From an uncultured Anaerolineaceae bacterium (GTDB taxonomy: Bacteria > Chloroflexota > Limnocylindria > Limnocylindrales > CSP1-4), in assembly GCA_964626755.1 (NCBI GenBank), contig CAZVGO010000016.1:6886-70885 (forward strand): a DNA stretch of 64,000 bases. Direction: 5' to 3'. Below are positions 18,765-27,769 of the stretch, in pieces; the first letter of the stretch is position 1, and each line of letters opens with the position of its first letter. The notes under the pieces are model-generated. The model was given only the letters and a program-made list of their open reading frames with translations. It was not told the origin of the DNA and made no database searches. The translations under genes and the position numbers were made by a program.

Positions 18765-19514
18765 ATGGAGCGGCACCGCGCTCCATGGCTTGTAGTGTTC
18801 CGCTTGCTGGCAATTGCTGCGATGGCCGGCGGTTGCGCCCTGGTCCCGACACAAGGTCCGGCCACCCCGCCGCCAGGTGACCTGCCGGCCGTTGCCCTGA
18901 GTTGCGGCGGTGACCATGTCTTCGGGCCCGAGGCGCTGACGATCGTCGGCGAGGCGCATCTCGACGTTGATGCGCCCGGGAAAGCGCTGAGAGCTTTTCT
19001 CGCGTCGCCCGAAGGCGCGCCCTTCGTGACACCCAGCTGGGTCCGGGTGTCCGAGATGGCGGATCGCGTGCAGTTCATCGGTCGCCGCCCGAACGACGAA
19101 GGCTGGCTCGTCGTCAACTTCGTCGCCCGCGATGGGAACTGGGTGCTGGACCTGGCTGCCGAGTGCAAGCCGCGGGTCGTGCTCGGGGGCGGCCTCGGCC
19201 CGGCCGACTGGTGGATCGATCCCGCCGGCCCGCCACTCGGCCGCGAGGCGACCGAATTCGATGCCCTCGTCCTCGAGCGAGCCTGTGCCGGTGGCCAGTC
19301 GTCGGACGGCAGGATCGCGCCGCCGTTTGTCCTCTACGAAGAGGACACGGTCGTGCTGACATTCGGGGTCGTCCTGAAACCGGGTGGCCAGAGGTGTCCA
19401 GGTCACCCACCCGGCAGCTACCACGTCACGCTCGATGAGCCGATCGGCGACCGCTGGCTGCTCGACGGGGGCGTCTTCCCGCCCCGCGACGCAACCACGC
19501 CACCAAGCCCCTAG
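18765..19514 (+). CDS. lipoprotein, hypothetical (paralogue B)
   Basis: Signal with MAGGC lipobox. Shared blocks with 18002..18763: RVQF, DGW.VV, ARDG.W.LDL, EC.P.VVL, ERACA.GQS.DGR, CPG.P, LLDG.VFPPRD. Confidence 0.6.
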   Translation: MERHRAPWLVVFRLLAIAAMAGGCALVPTQGPATPPPGDLPAVALSCGGDHVFGPEALTIVGEAHLDVDAPGKALRAFLASPEGAPFVTPSWVRVSEMADRVQFIGRRPNDEGWLVVNFVARDGNWVLDLAAECKPRVVLGGGLGPADWWIDPAGPPLGREATEFDALVLERACAGGQSSDGRIAPPFVLYEEDTVVLTFGVVLKPGGQRCPGHPPGSYHVTLDEPIGDRWLLDGGVFPPRDATTPPSP

Positions 19515-19515
19515 G

Positions 19516-21501
19516 TCACCTGCCGGCCAGGGCCCGAATTCTCTCCACCGACCCGGGATCGTCGAGCGCGGACAGGTCGCCCGGGTCGAGCCCGAGAAAC
19601 GCGGCCCGGATCACCCGGCGCATGACCTTGCCGGAGCGCGTCTTCGGCAGCGACGGCACGATCTCCACGACGTCCGGCTTCAGCGCCTTGCCGAGCTCGC
19701 GGACGACCTGGGCGGCGATCGACGCGCGGAGGTCCGGCCCGTCCGTCTCGCCCCGCCGCAGGACGCAGAACACGGCGATCGACTCGCCCTTGACCTCGTG
19801 CGGCAGTCCGACCGCCGCCGCCTCAATGACGGACGGGTGCGCGACAGCGGCCGACTCGACCTCGGCCGGCCCCACCCGCTTGCCGGCGATCTTGAGGGTG
19901 TCGTCCGATCGGCCCTGGATGAACCAGTAGCCGTCCTCGTCGACGAGCGCCCAGTCACCGTGGACCCAGACGCCGGGGATGCGCGACCAGTACGTCTCGA
20001 GGTAGCGCTCCGGGTCGCCCCAGAAGCCGCGGGTCATGCCGGGCAGCGGCTGGCGGATGACGAGCTCACCGACTACGCCGCGCACCGAGCTGCCCTCGCT
20101 GTCGACAACATCCGCTGCAACACCAACGTTCGGCCCACCGAACGCGCACGGCCGGACCGGCGTCAGCAGGTTTCCCGCGACGATCCCGCCCGAGACCTCG
20201 GTCCCACCGCTGTAGTTGACGATCGGAAGGCGACCCTCCCCCACCTCGCGGAAGTACCACCACCAGGGATCGGGGTTCCATGGCTCGCCGGTCGAGCCGA
20301 GAACGCGAAGCGACGAGCGGTCATGTGAACGGACCGGCTCAACGCCGTGGCCCATCAGCGCGCGGATGACCGTCGGGCTGAGGCCGAGATGCGTGACCCG
20401 GTGGCGCTCGACGATCGCCCACAGCCGGTCGGGACCCGGAAAGTCCGGCGTGCCTTCGTAGATCACGAGGCGGGCCCCGAGGAGCAGCGATCCCGAGATC
20501 GCCCACGGCCCCATCATCCAGCCGAGGTCGGTGAACCAGAAGAGCGCGTCACCCGGACCCAGGTCGAAGCAGTGGGCGAGGTCCTGGGCGCCCTTGATCG
20601 GGAAGCCGCCGTGGACGTGGATCGCGCCCTTTGGCCGGCCGGTCGTGCCAGACGTGTAGATGACCATGTATGGCGCCTCCGGATCGGTCGCGAGGCGATC
20701 CGGGGCGGGCACCTTGGCGGCCGCGGCAACGGCGTCATCCCACCAGACGTCCCGTCCGATCGTCCACGGCGTCTCGATCGCCTCGCCGAGCCGGCGTACG
20801 ACGACGACGCGGCGGACGGAGGGCGATTCTGCGACCGCCTCGTCGACCGTGGACTTGAGCGGGACGAAGCCGCCCCGCCGGCGAAACCCGTCGGTGGTCA
20901 CGACGACCGTCGCCGCGCAGTCGTTGAGTCGCGAGGCGATTGCGGTCGGGCCATAGCCGGAGAAGATCGGCGTGTAGATCGCCCGCAGCAGCCCGAGTGC
21001 GAGGACGCTGACGACCGTCTCGACGAGCATCGGCAGGCAGATCCCAACCCGGTCACCCTCGCCCACGCCCAGCTGTTCGAACGCGGCGGCGGCCCGGTCG
21101 ACGCGCGTGCGCAACTCGGCGTTCGTGAGGCGCACCACCTCGCCGTCCTCGCCTTCCCAGGCGAGCGCCTCGCCATCCGGGTCGCGGTCCGCTCGCGGGT
21201 CGATCGCCGCGGCCGCGTAGTTGAACGCGCCGCCGCTCCACCAGCGCGACCACTCCGGGCCCCGTGACGCGTCGAGGGCGCGGGTGGGCCTGCGCTGCCA
21301 CGCGATCTCGAGATCGTCCGCCGCGGCACCCCAGAACCACGCGGGGTCGTCCTCGGCCCGGCGCTGAAGCGCCTCGAGGTCGGGAACGCCGGTGGCTCGG
21401 ACGAACCGCGCCAGGCGGCTCCGTTCGAGCTGTTCAGGAGCCGGGCGCCAGGCGGCGTCGGGGACGTCGCGGCCGAAGACCGGCCAGTCGGAGCGGGCCA
21501 C
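19516..21501 (-). CDS. AMP-dependent synthetase/ligase (acetyl-CoA synthetase-like)
   Basis: 661 aa. AMP-binding motif YTSGTTGRPKG, acetyl-CoA synthetase-like N-terminus, and C-terminal block LPKTRSGKVMRR. Confidence 0.85.
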   Translation of the reverse strand: MARSDWPVFGRDVPDAAWRPAPEQLERSRLARFVRATGVPDLEALQRRAEDDPAWFWGAAADDLEIAWQRRPTRALDASRGPEWSRWWSGGAFNYAAAAIDPRADRDPDGEALAWEGEDGEVVRLTNAELRTRVDRAAAAFEQLGVGEGDRVGICLPMLVETVVSVLALGLLRAIYTPIFSGYGPTAIASRLNDCAATVVVTTDGFRRRGGFVPLKSTVDEAVAESPSVRRVVVVRRLGEAIETPWTIGRDVWWDDAVAAAAKVPAPDRLATDPEAPYMVIYTSGTTGRPKGAIHVHGGFPIKGAQDLAHCFDLGPGDALFWFTDLGWMMGPWAISGSLLLGARLVIYEGTPDFPGPDRLWAIVERHRVTHLGLSPTVIRALMGHGVEPVRSHDRSSLRVLGSTGEPWNPDPWWWYFREVGEGRLPIVNYSGGTEVSGGIVAGNLLTPVRPCAFGGPNVGVAADVVDSEGSSVRGVVGELVIRQPLPGMTRGFWGDPERYLETYWSRIPGVWVHGDWALVDEDGYWFIQGRSDDTLKIAGKRVGPAEVESAAVAHPSVIEAAAVGLPHEVKGESIAVFCVLRRGETDGPDLRASIAAQVVRELGKALKPDVVEIVPSLPKTRSGKVMRRVIRAAFLGLDPGDLSALDDPGSVERIRALAGR

Positions 21502-21550
21502 GGCCGGATGCTAGCACCGGGGTCGTTCGGGAGCCGGGGGCAACGGTCGG

Positions 21551-21559
21551 TGCTAGCCT
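21551..21559 (+). promoter_or_regulatory. extended -10 element TGcTAGCCT, 6 nt upstream of the GTG start (leaderless architecture)
   Basis: ggTGcTAGCCT followed after 6 nt by GTG at 21566. The same motif recurs at 24187 and 35211. Confidence 0.4.
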
Positions 21560-21565
21560 CGGGGC

Positions 21566-22015
21566 GTGCGGACCGTTCTCTTCGTCGTCGTGCTCGCCGC
21601 CCTTGCGACCGGTTGCACCACGATCACAGGGACACCGCCGGCGCCCACGCCGGCCGACTTTCCGGGGATCGCCGCCGCCCTCGCCCGGCACGGCGTCGCA
21701 ATCGGCAACGTCGTGTCCGGCGACCCCGGCTGCGACGACGCGAACCTCGTGCCCACGGCGATCCGGTTCGAAGCTGCCGGGCTTGACCAGCCGGCCCCCA
21801 CCCGCGCCTACATCTACATCTTCCGCAGCCGGGCGACGTTCGACCGACTCCTCCGCGACGTCGCCCGGTGCGCCGGTGCCTTCGTCACGGACGAGGAGGG
21901 CGAGCCGCGGATCGCCGTCTCGCCGTACGTGCTGACCGGGCCGGGGCCGTGGCCGCCCGCGTTCCGGGAGGCCGTGGAGGCAGGCCTGAAGGAGGCCGCC
22001 GGAACGGGAGGATAG
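21566..22015 (+). CDS. lipoprotein, hypothetical
   Basis: Signal plus lipobox LATGC. 149 aa. Confidence 0.5.
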   Translation: MRTVLFVVVLAALATGCTTITGTPPAPTPADFPGIAAALARHGVAIGNVVSGDPGCDDANLVPTAIRFEAAGLDQPAPTRAYIYIFRSRATFDRLLRDVARCAGAFVTDEEGEPRIAVSPYVLTGPGPWPPAFREAVEAGLKEAAGTGG

Positions 22016-22155
22016 CCCGATCGGCCCCGATTCCCCGATCGGGCGGGGCAAATGACGATCGTCCGGGTCGCCGACCGGGACCGCTCGACCTTCCCATGAC
22101 CCACGGGACCTCCGGGCCAGGGTGACGCCAGGCCCCGGAGCCGACGCTTCCGGGC

Positions 22156-22971
22156 ATGGACCCCCGTCGCCGTCACCGGCGATTCCTTGCGCCTGCCTTC
22201 GCCGTCGCGCTCGCCCTCGAGCTGTCGCTCGTCGCGGTCGCGATCGGCCCGGCGACGCCCGCGCGTCCGGCCCCGGCCCAGGCCGCGGCCGCCGTAGCCG
22301 CGCGACCCGACGTAGTCGGCGGTCCGCACGACCAGGGTGTCGAGCATCCGGCGGACCGGCTCACGATCTTCCGGGGCGGCACTCCCCGCTGGCTGACGAC
22401 GACCAAGCCCGCCCCCGTCGCACGGCCCGTCGTCAGGAACGTTCCGACGCCAGCCTCCGCGGTGCCGAACGTCGCGGTTGCCGCGACGGCACCGGATCCA
22501 GCGGTCGCTCCGAAGCCCGCCAAGGCCGCGGCCCCGGTCAAGACAACAGCGCCGGCCGCCAAGACCCCCGCGTCGTACCGGGGCAAGAACCACCTCTGGA
22601 TCCCGGCGCTCGGGGTCAACCGCTCGGTGTCGTTCTACGCCTGCTCGCGTTCGACCGCGCTCGCGAACGTTGTCTACCGCTGGGGTTGCGCCGGAAGCAA
22701 CAACGTGTACCTGATGGGCCACGCCCACTCGGTGTTCCGCTCGCTCCACAACGCATACGTCAATGGGCGGCTTCGGAAGGGGATGCAGGTCATCTACGCC
22801 GACGGCAACGGCCGGGTCACGCGCTACAAGATTTCGTACTGGAAGGTCGTCTCGCCCGTCGGCGCCGGTTGGGCCTTCGCCGCGCAGGCCAGCCCGAGCA
22901 TGACGCTCCAGACCTGCGTCGGCAAGAACAGCCAGTACCGGCTGGTCGTGCGTCTCGTGAAGAGCGGCTAG
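22156..22971 (+). CDS. sortase-family transpeptidase-like protein (class E/F-like)
   Basis: N-terminal TM, Ala/Pro-rich linker, then a catalytic domain with His (YLMGHAHSVF), Cys motif TLQTC and downstream Arg (YRLVVRLV). Confidence 0.6.
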   Translation: MDPRRRHRRFLAPAFAVALALELSLVAVAIGPATPARPAPAQAAAAVAARPDVVGGPHDQGVEHPADRLTIFRGGTPRWLTTTKPAPVARPVVRNVPTPASAVPNVAVAATAPDPAVAPKPAKAAAPVKTTAPAAKTPASYRGKNHLWIPALGVNRSVSFYACSRSTALANVVYRWGCAGSNNVYLMGHAHSVFRSLHNAYVNGRLRKGMQVIYADGNGRVTRYKISYWKVVSPVGAGWAFAAQASPSMTLQTCVGKNSQYRLVVRLVKSG

Positions 22972-24134
22972 ACCACCCGCAAGTCGAGGATCTTCCGGGC
23001 GATCACCAGGCGCTGGATCTGGCTCGTGCCCTCGCCGAGCTCGGTCAGCTTCGCGTCACGCAGGTAGCGCTCCACCTTGTACTCCTCGACGTAGCCGTAC
23101 CCGCCGTGGACCTGGATCCCGGCGTTCGTCGCCCGCGAGCTGACCTCCGACGCGAACAGCTTCGCCTCGGCGGCGGCGAGGCCGTAGTCACGCCCCTGGT
23201 CCTTGAGCCAGGCGGCCCTATACACGAGCTGTCGCGCCGCCTCGATCTCCGTGGCCATGTCCGCGATCAGGAACGCGACGCCCTGGAAGCTACCGATCGG
23301 CCGGCCGAACTGCTCCCTCGTGCGGGCATACGGCACGGACGCGTCGAGCGCTGCCTGGGCGAGGCCGAGAGCCAGGGCGCCGATCGAGATCCGGCCCCCG
23401 TCGAGGATCTTGAGGAACGTCCGGAACCCGGTCCCCTGCTCACCGAGCATGTTCGCCGCCGGGACCCGCGCGCCATCGAACAGGAGCTCGCCGGTCGCCG
23501 ACGCGTGGAGGCCCATCTTCTCCTCGAGGCGCCCCACGCTGAAGCCGGGCGTCTCCGCCGGCACGATGAACGCGCTGATCTCCGCCTCGCCCTTGTCGGT
23601 CGTCCCGGTTCGGGCGGTGACGACATACGTGCCCGCCTGGCCGGCGTTCGTGATGAATCTCTTGCCGCCGTCGAGCACCCAGCAGCCGCCGTCGGACCCG
23701 TCCTCGAACCGCGCGGTCGTGCGCGTGCCACCCGCGTCCGAGCCGGCGCCAGGCTCGGTCAGCCCGTACGCGCCGAGGACCTCTCCGGATGCCATTGGGA
23801 CGAGGAACTGCTTCTTCTGCTCGGGACTGCCGGCGAGGTGAAGCGGCCCGCAGCCGAGGCTGGTGTGGGCGGCGACGATCAACCCGAGCGATCCCCACAC
23901 CCGGCCGATCTCCTCGATCGCGATCGCGTAGGCGAGGGTGTCCATCCCGGCCCCACCCTCGTCCTCCGGGATCGGAATGCCGAGCCAGCCCATCTCGCCG
24001 AGCTGCCGGACGATCTCGGCCGGGAATCTCCGCTCACGTTCGTGGCGGTCGACGACGGGCGCGACCTCGTTGGCGAGGAAGTCGCGAATCGTGTCGCGCA
24101 GGAGAGCGTGCTCGGTGGAGAGGTCGTAGTCCAT
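22968..24134 (-). CDS. acyl-CoA dehydrogenase
   Basis: 388 aa with classic ACAD blocks: GAYGLTEPGAGSD, GGKRFITNAG, QVHGGYGYVEEY, LTELGEGTSQIQRLVIAR. Confidence 0.9.
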   Translation of the reverse strand: MDYDLSTEHALLRDTIRDFLANEVAPVVDRHERERRFPAEIVRQLGEMGWLGIPIPEDEGGAGMDTLAYAIAIEEIGRVWGSLGLIVAAHTSLGCGPLHLAGSPEQKKQFLVPMASGEVLGAYGLTEPGAGSDAGGTRTTARFEDGSDGGCWVLDGGKRFITNAGQAGTYVVTARTGTTDKGEAEISAFIVPAETPGFSVGRLEEKMGLHASATGELLFDGARVPAANMLGEQGTGFRTFLKILDGGRISIGALALGLAQAALDASVPYARTREQFGRPIGSFQGVAFLIADMATEIEAARQLVYRAAWLKDQGRDYGLAAAEAKLFASEVSSRATNAGIQVHGGYGYVEEYKVERYLRDAKLTELGEGTSQIQRLVIARKILDLRVV

Positions 24135-24186
24135 TGGCGCGAGGGTAACGCACCCGGCCGCCCTGGTCAGCGGCGCACCGGGTCCG

Positions 24187-24196
24187 GTGCTAGCCT
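24187..24196 (+). promoter_or_regulatory. extended -10 element TGcTAGCCT, 6 nt upstream of the GTG start (leaderless architecture)
   Basis: ccggTGcTAGCCTtcgcggGTG. The GTG at 24203 is the ORF start. Confidence 0.4.
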
Positions 24197-24202
24197 TCGC
24201 GG

Positions 24203-24925
24203 GTGCCCGAGCAACACGTCACTGCCGGCGCCGACACCGCTCCGCGTCCCGGCAGATACGCGGGCGCAAACGGCGGACAGGCAACGCTCGGCGCCTCGCC
24301 CTCGTCGCTGCGCAGGGAGATCCTCGTCCGCCTCCGCCACGACGGCCCCGGCTCGCCCGATCAGCTCGCCACCCGCATCGGCGCAAGCCGGACCGGTATC
24401 CTCCAGCAGCTGAGGGCCCTCGAGGCCGCGCACCTCGTCTCGCGCCAGACCGTTCGCCACGGTGTCGGCCGGCCACGCCACGTGTACGACGTCACGCCGG
24501 ACGCCCAGGATCTCTTCCCGTCGAACTACGACGGGCTGGCCGCGGGGCTGCTCGAGGCCATCGGCGTCGTCGGTGGCGAGAACCTCGTCGAGGAGGTGTT
24601 CGCGGCCCGACGCCGGCAGATCGGGGAACGCGTCCGTCGCAAGTTGGCCGAGCGGGTCGGCCACGACGCGCCGCTGTCGGCCCGCGTCCGGGAGCTGGCG
24701 GTCATCCAGGACGAGCAGGGCTACCTCGCCGAGACGACCCTCGAGCCGGACGGGACGATCCGGCTACGCGAGCACAACTGCGCGATCTACCACGTCGCGC
24801 AGGGGGCGGCCGCGGCGTGCCAGGCGGAGCTCGACCTCTTCCGGGAGATCCTCGGCGCGAAGGTCGTGCGCGAGACGCACATCGCGTCGGGCGACCGCTG
24901 CTGTACCTACCGCATCGCTGAGTAG
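24203..24925 (+). CDS. HTH transcriptional regulator (ArsR-like winged helix, COG2345-type), divergent from the acyl-CoA dehydrogenase gene
   Basis: wHTH segment LRREILVRLRHDGPGSPDQLATRIGASRTGILQQLRALEAAHLV. C-terminal Cys-rich tail CAIYH...CQAE...DRCCTYR. Confidence 0.65.
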   Translation: MPEQHVTAGADTAPRPGRYAGANGGQATLGASPSSLRREILVRLRHDGPGSPDQLATRIGASRTGILQQLRALEAAHLVSRQTVRHGVGRPRHVYDVTPDAQDLFPSNYDGLAAGLLEAIGVVGGENLVEEVFAARRRQIGERVRRKLAERVGHDAPLSARVRELAVIQDEQGYLAETTLEPDGTIRLREHNCAIYHVAQGAAAACQAELDLFREILGAKVVRETHIASGDRCCTYRIAE

Positions 24926-24929
24926 CGGC

Positions 24930-25982
24930 CTAGGCTTCCTCGCGCTCGACGACCGTGCGCCGCGCCGGGAGCCGGCTGGACGCGGTGACGTCCGTCACGT
25001 TCGGAACGAACGACGCCGCGAGGGACGTCTCGGCGACGAGCCTCTGGTCCTCCGGCGACAGGATCCCGAGCCGGCCGAGCTGGGCGAGCTCGTCACGGAT
25101 GTACGTCTTGAGGAGCTCCGGGCCGTCGGTGTTGATCGTGAACCGGACCTCGTTTCGGCGGAGCGTGTCGAAGATCCAGCGGAATTCGTCCCAGCCGGAC
25201 ACGACGCGGGTGTTGAGATTCGATGTCGGGCAGATCTCGAGGACGATCCCCCGCTCCCGGATCATCTCCATCGCGCGCGGGTCGTAGGCGGCCTTCACGC
25301 CGTGCCCGATCCGGTCGGGTTCGAGCAGCTCGACGACCCGGGCGATCTCGTCGACCGGGCCCGCCTCACCGGTATGCACCGTCAGCCCGAGGCCGAACTG
25401 GCGCGCCCGTCGGAAGAGCCTCCGGTAATCGGCCACCCGGAACGTCGCCGATTCGGGGCCCGCGATGTCGATCCCGATGACGCCCCGATCGCGCCACCCG
25501 ATCGCCTTCTCCGCGATGATCTCGTTGAGCTCGTACGGAAAGGCTCGGTCGAGGCAGAAGATCAGGCCGGGCTTTACCGGATATTCGAGGGTCGCCCTGT
25601 CCATCCCGCGCACGGCTGCCGCGATGATGTGGTCGAGGTCCTGCTCGCCGCCCCGGTTCCGCTTCATCGGGTTGAACCGGAGCTCCATCGTCGTGACGTT
25701 GTTCTTCCGGTATCCGCCGCCGACGACCTCGTAGACGCTCCGTTCGACGGCCAGCGGCGAGCTCTGGATGAGCTCGGTCCAGTGGAAGAGCTGGAGGTAC
25801 CCGTCGAACGACCGCGATCTCGGGGAGACCGTGATCATGTCCCGGAATTCCCAGTAGTCCTTCGTCGGGAGCTTGATCCCCTGGGCGTGGGCGATGCCCC
25901 ACATGATCGCCGGGGTCACCGCGCCGCCGAGGTGGCAGTGGAGCTCCGCCAACGGGACCTTCCGGGAGAGCGCGCGCACCAT
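24930..25982 (-). CDS. add: adenosine deaminase family protein
   Basis: ELHCHLGG metal-binding motif at the N-terminus, HTGE, and TINTDGPEL near the C-terminus. Confidence 0.85.
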   Translation of the reverse strand: MVRALSRKVPLAELHCHLGGAVTPAIMWGIAHAQGIKLPTKDYWEFRDMITVSPRSRSFDGYLQLFHWTELIQSSPLAVERSVYEVVGGGYRKNNVTTMELRFNPMKRNRGGEQDLDHIIAAAVRGMDRATLEYPVKPGLIFCLDRAFPYELNEIIAEKAIGWRDRGVIGIDIAGPESATFRVADYRRLFRRARQFGLGLTVHTGEAGPVDEIARVVELLEPDRIGHGVKAAYDPRAMEMIRERGIVLEICPTSNLNTRVVSGWDEFRWIFDTLRRNEVRFTINTDGPELLKTYIRDELAQLGRLGILSPEDQRLVAETSLAASFVPNVTDVTASSRLPARRTVVEREEA

Positions 25983-26020
25983 GATCTGAGGATAGCCCGA
26001 ACCGGAGCCGCCGGCCGACG

Positions 26021-26617
26021 TCAGTCGCAGAGAAAGAAGTACTTGGACCCTGGGTGGCGGACGAGCTGGAGGACCGCCCCGCCTTCCGTAACGACGATGG
26101 CGGTGTCCGGCGAATTCAGCGTGAACCGGGCATTGGCGCTGTTGACGAGATCAAGCGACTCGGGATCGATCATGCCCACCGGGTCCCAGAAGCTGCCGTC
26201 GATGTCGATTCCACTGCCGAGGCCGCAATGGCCGAGGGTGAATTCGCCAGTCGGCGCCGACAGGCGTGGCGATTGGGGGCTCACCTCGACGATCGCGCTC
26301 GGGATGTTCTCCCAGGCGACGGTGGCGCCATCGACCTCGATCTGGATGTTCAATGACATCCGCCCGTCGCTGAACTCGACCCAGATGCCGCCGATCCACA
26401 CGCCTCGCTCGGAGCCAGGACAGGGGCCGTCGCACTGCTTTCGGCTGACCGCGACGTACGAGGGCGTCGTCCCGGGCAGGTTGACCGCGACGGCAGCGAG
26501 GGCCTGTTCGCACTGCGCCGCCAGGAGACCGACGCACGCCGTCGGCATCCGGCTCGGCGGCGTCGAGGGTCCGGTTGACGGCGACGTCGCGCCGCATGCC
26601 GCCAGGGTGACCGCCAA
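26021..26617 (-). CDS. hypothetical lipoprotein (start uncertain)
   Basis: LAACG lipobox right at the predicted TTG start. The n-region RTTRSGRACLLIL is present upstream in frame but lacks an ATG/GTG/TTG start, so a CTG start or an annotation problem is possible. Confidence 0.45.
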   Translation of the reverse strand: MAVTLAACGATSPSTGPSTPPSRMPTACVGLLAAQCEQALAAVAVNLPGTTPSYVAVSRKQCDGPCPGSERGVWIGGIWVEFSDGRMSLNIQIEVDGATVAWENIPSAIVEVSPQSPRLSAPTGEFTLGHCGLGSGIDIDGSFWDPVGMIDPESLDLVNSANARFTLNSPDTAIVVTEGGAVLQLVRHPGSKYFFLCD

Positions 26618-26653
26618 GATCAGCAGGCAGGCGCGGCCGGACCGTGTCGTGCG

Positions 26654-27706
26654 TCAGCCCGCCAGCGGGACGACGCGGCCTTCCGCGTCGAGGGTTGCCT
26701 GGCCGCGGAGTCGCTTGAGCTCGGCGCCGGGGACCTGGTCGCGGGCGTGATAACTCGACCGCACGAGCGGCCCGGACTCGACGTGCCGGAAGCCGAGCGC
26801 GAGGGCTTCGGTCTTCATCTCGGCGAACTCGTCCGGGTGGTAGTAGCGCTCGAGCGGGAGGTGGTTCGGCGAGGGGCGCAGGTACTGCCCGATCGTCAGG
26901 ATGTCGCAGTCGACCTGGCGCAGCGCGACGAATGCCGCCGACAGCTCGTCGCGCGTCTCGCCCAGGCCAACCATCAGGGAGCTCTTCGTATGCACGGCGT
27001 ACGGGATCTCGGCGGCGTATGTCCTGGCCCGCTCGAGCACTCCCAACGTCCGGTCCCAGCGAGCCCTCTTGCGGACGGGCTTCTGGAGTCGCTCGACGGT
27101 CTCGAGGTTGTGGTTGAGGATGTCCGGCTGCGCCGCCATGACCGCCCGGAGCGGCGCCTCCTCCCCGTTGAAGTCGGGGATGAGGACTTCGACGCCCATT
27201 CCGGGCACCGCATCGCGTAGCCGCCGAATCGTGTCGGCGAACACGTGCGCGCCGCCGTCCCGCAGGTCGTCGCGGGCGACGCTCGTGACGACGACGTGCT
27301 CGAGGCCGAGTTGCGAGATCGCCTCGGCCACGCGCCGCGGCTCGTCCTCGTCGAACCACGTGGGCCGGCCCGTCTTCACGTTGCAGAACCCGCAGGCCCG
27401 GGTGCACGTGTCGCCGAGGATCATGATCGTGGCGGTTCGCTGGTCCCAGCACTCCCCGATGTTCGGGCAGTGGGCCTCCTCGCAGACCGTGTTCAGGTTG
27501 AGCCCGCGGAGCAGCCCCTTCAGCTCGTGGTAGTTGTTGCCGGACGGGATCCGGGCGCGGATCCAGTCGGGGTGGCGGCGGAGGGCAGTCGAGCCGTCGG
27601 CGGCCGTCTGGCCGGCCGACCCGCCGCCGAGGGCGATCGTCAGCGGTTCGGCCGCCCCGTGGGCGTGGCCGCCCGGCGGCGTGTACATCGTGAGCTCGCG
27701 GGCCAT
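26654..27706 (-). CDS. lipA: lipoyl synthase
   Basis: CEEAHCPNIGEC and CTRACGFCNV radical-SAM/auxiliary cluster motifs. 350 aa. Confidence 0.92.
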   Translation of the reverse strand: MARELTMYTPPGGHAHGAAEPLTIALGGGSAGQTAADGSTALRRHPDWIRARIPSGNNYHELKGLLRGLNLNTVCEEAHCPNIGECWDQRTATIMILGDTCTRACGFCNVKTGRPTWFDEDEPRRVAEAISQLGLEHVVVTSVARDDLRDGGAHVFADTIRRLRDAVPGMGVEVLIPDFNGEEAPLRAVMAAQPDILNHNLETVERLQKPVRKRARWDRTLGVLERARTYAAEIPYAVHTKSSLMVGLGETRDELSAAFVALRQVDCDILTIGQYLRPSPNHLPLERYYHPDEFAEMKTEALALGFRHVESGPLVRSSYHARDQVPGAELKRLRGQATLDAEGRVVPLAG

Positions 27707-27769
27707 GGCCGGAGTGTAGTCAGGGAACGCCGAAGGTGTCGCGCAGCCGGTCTCGGGGTCGCGCCGCCT

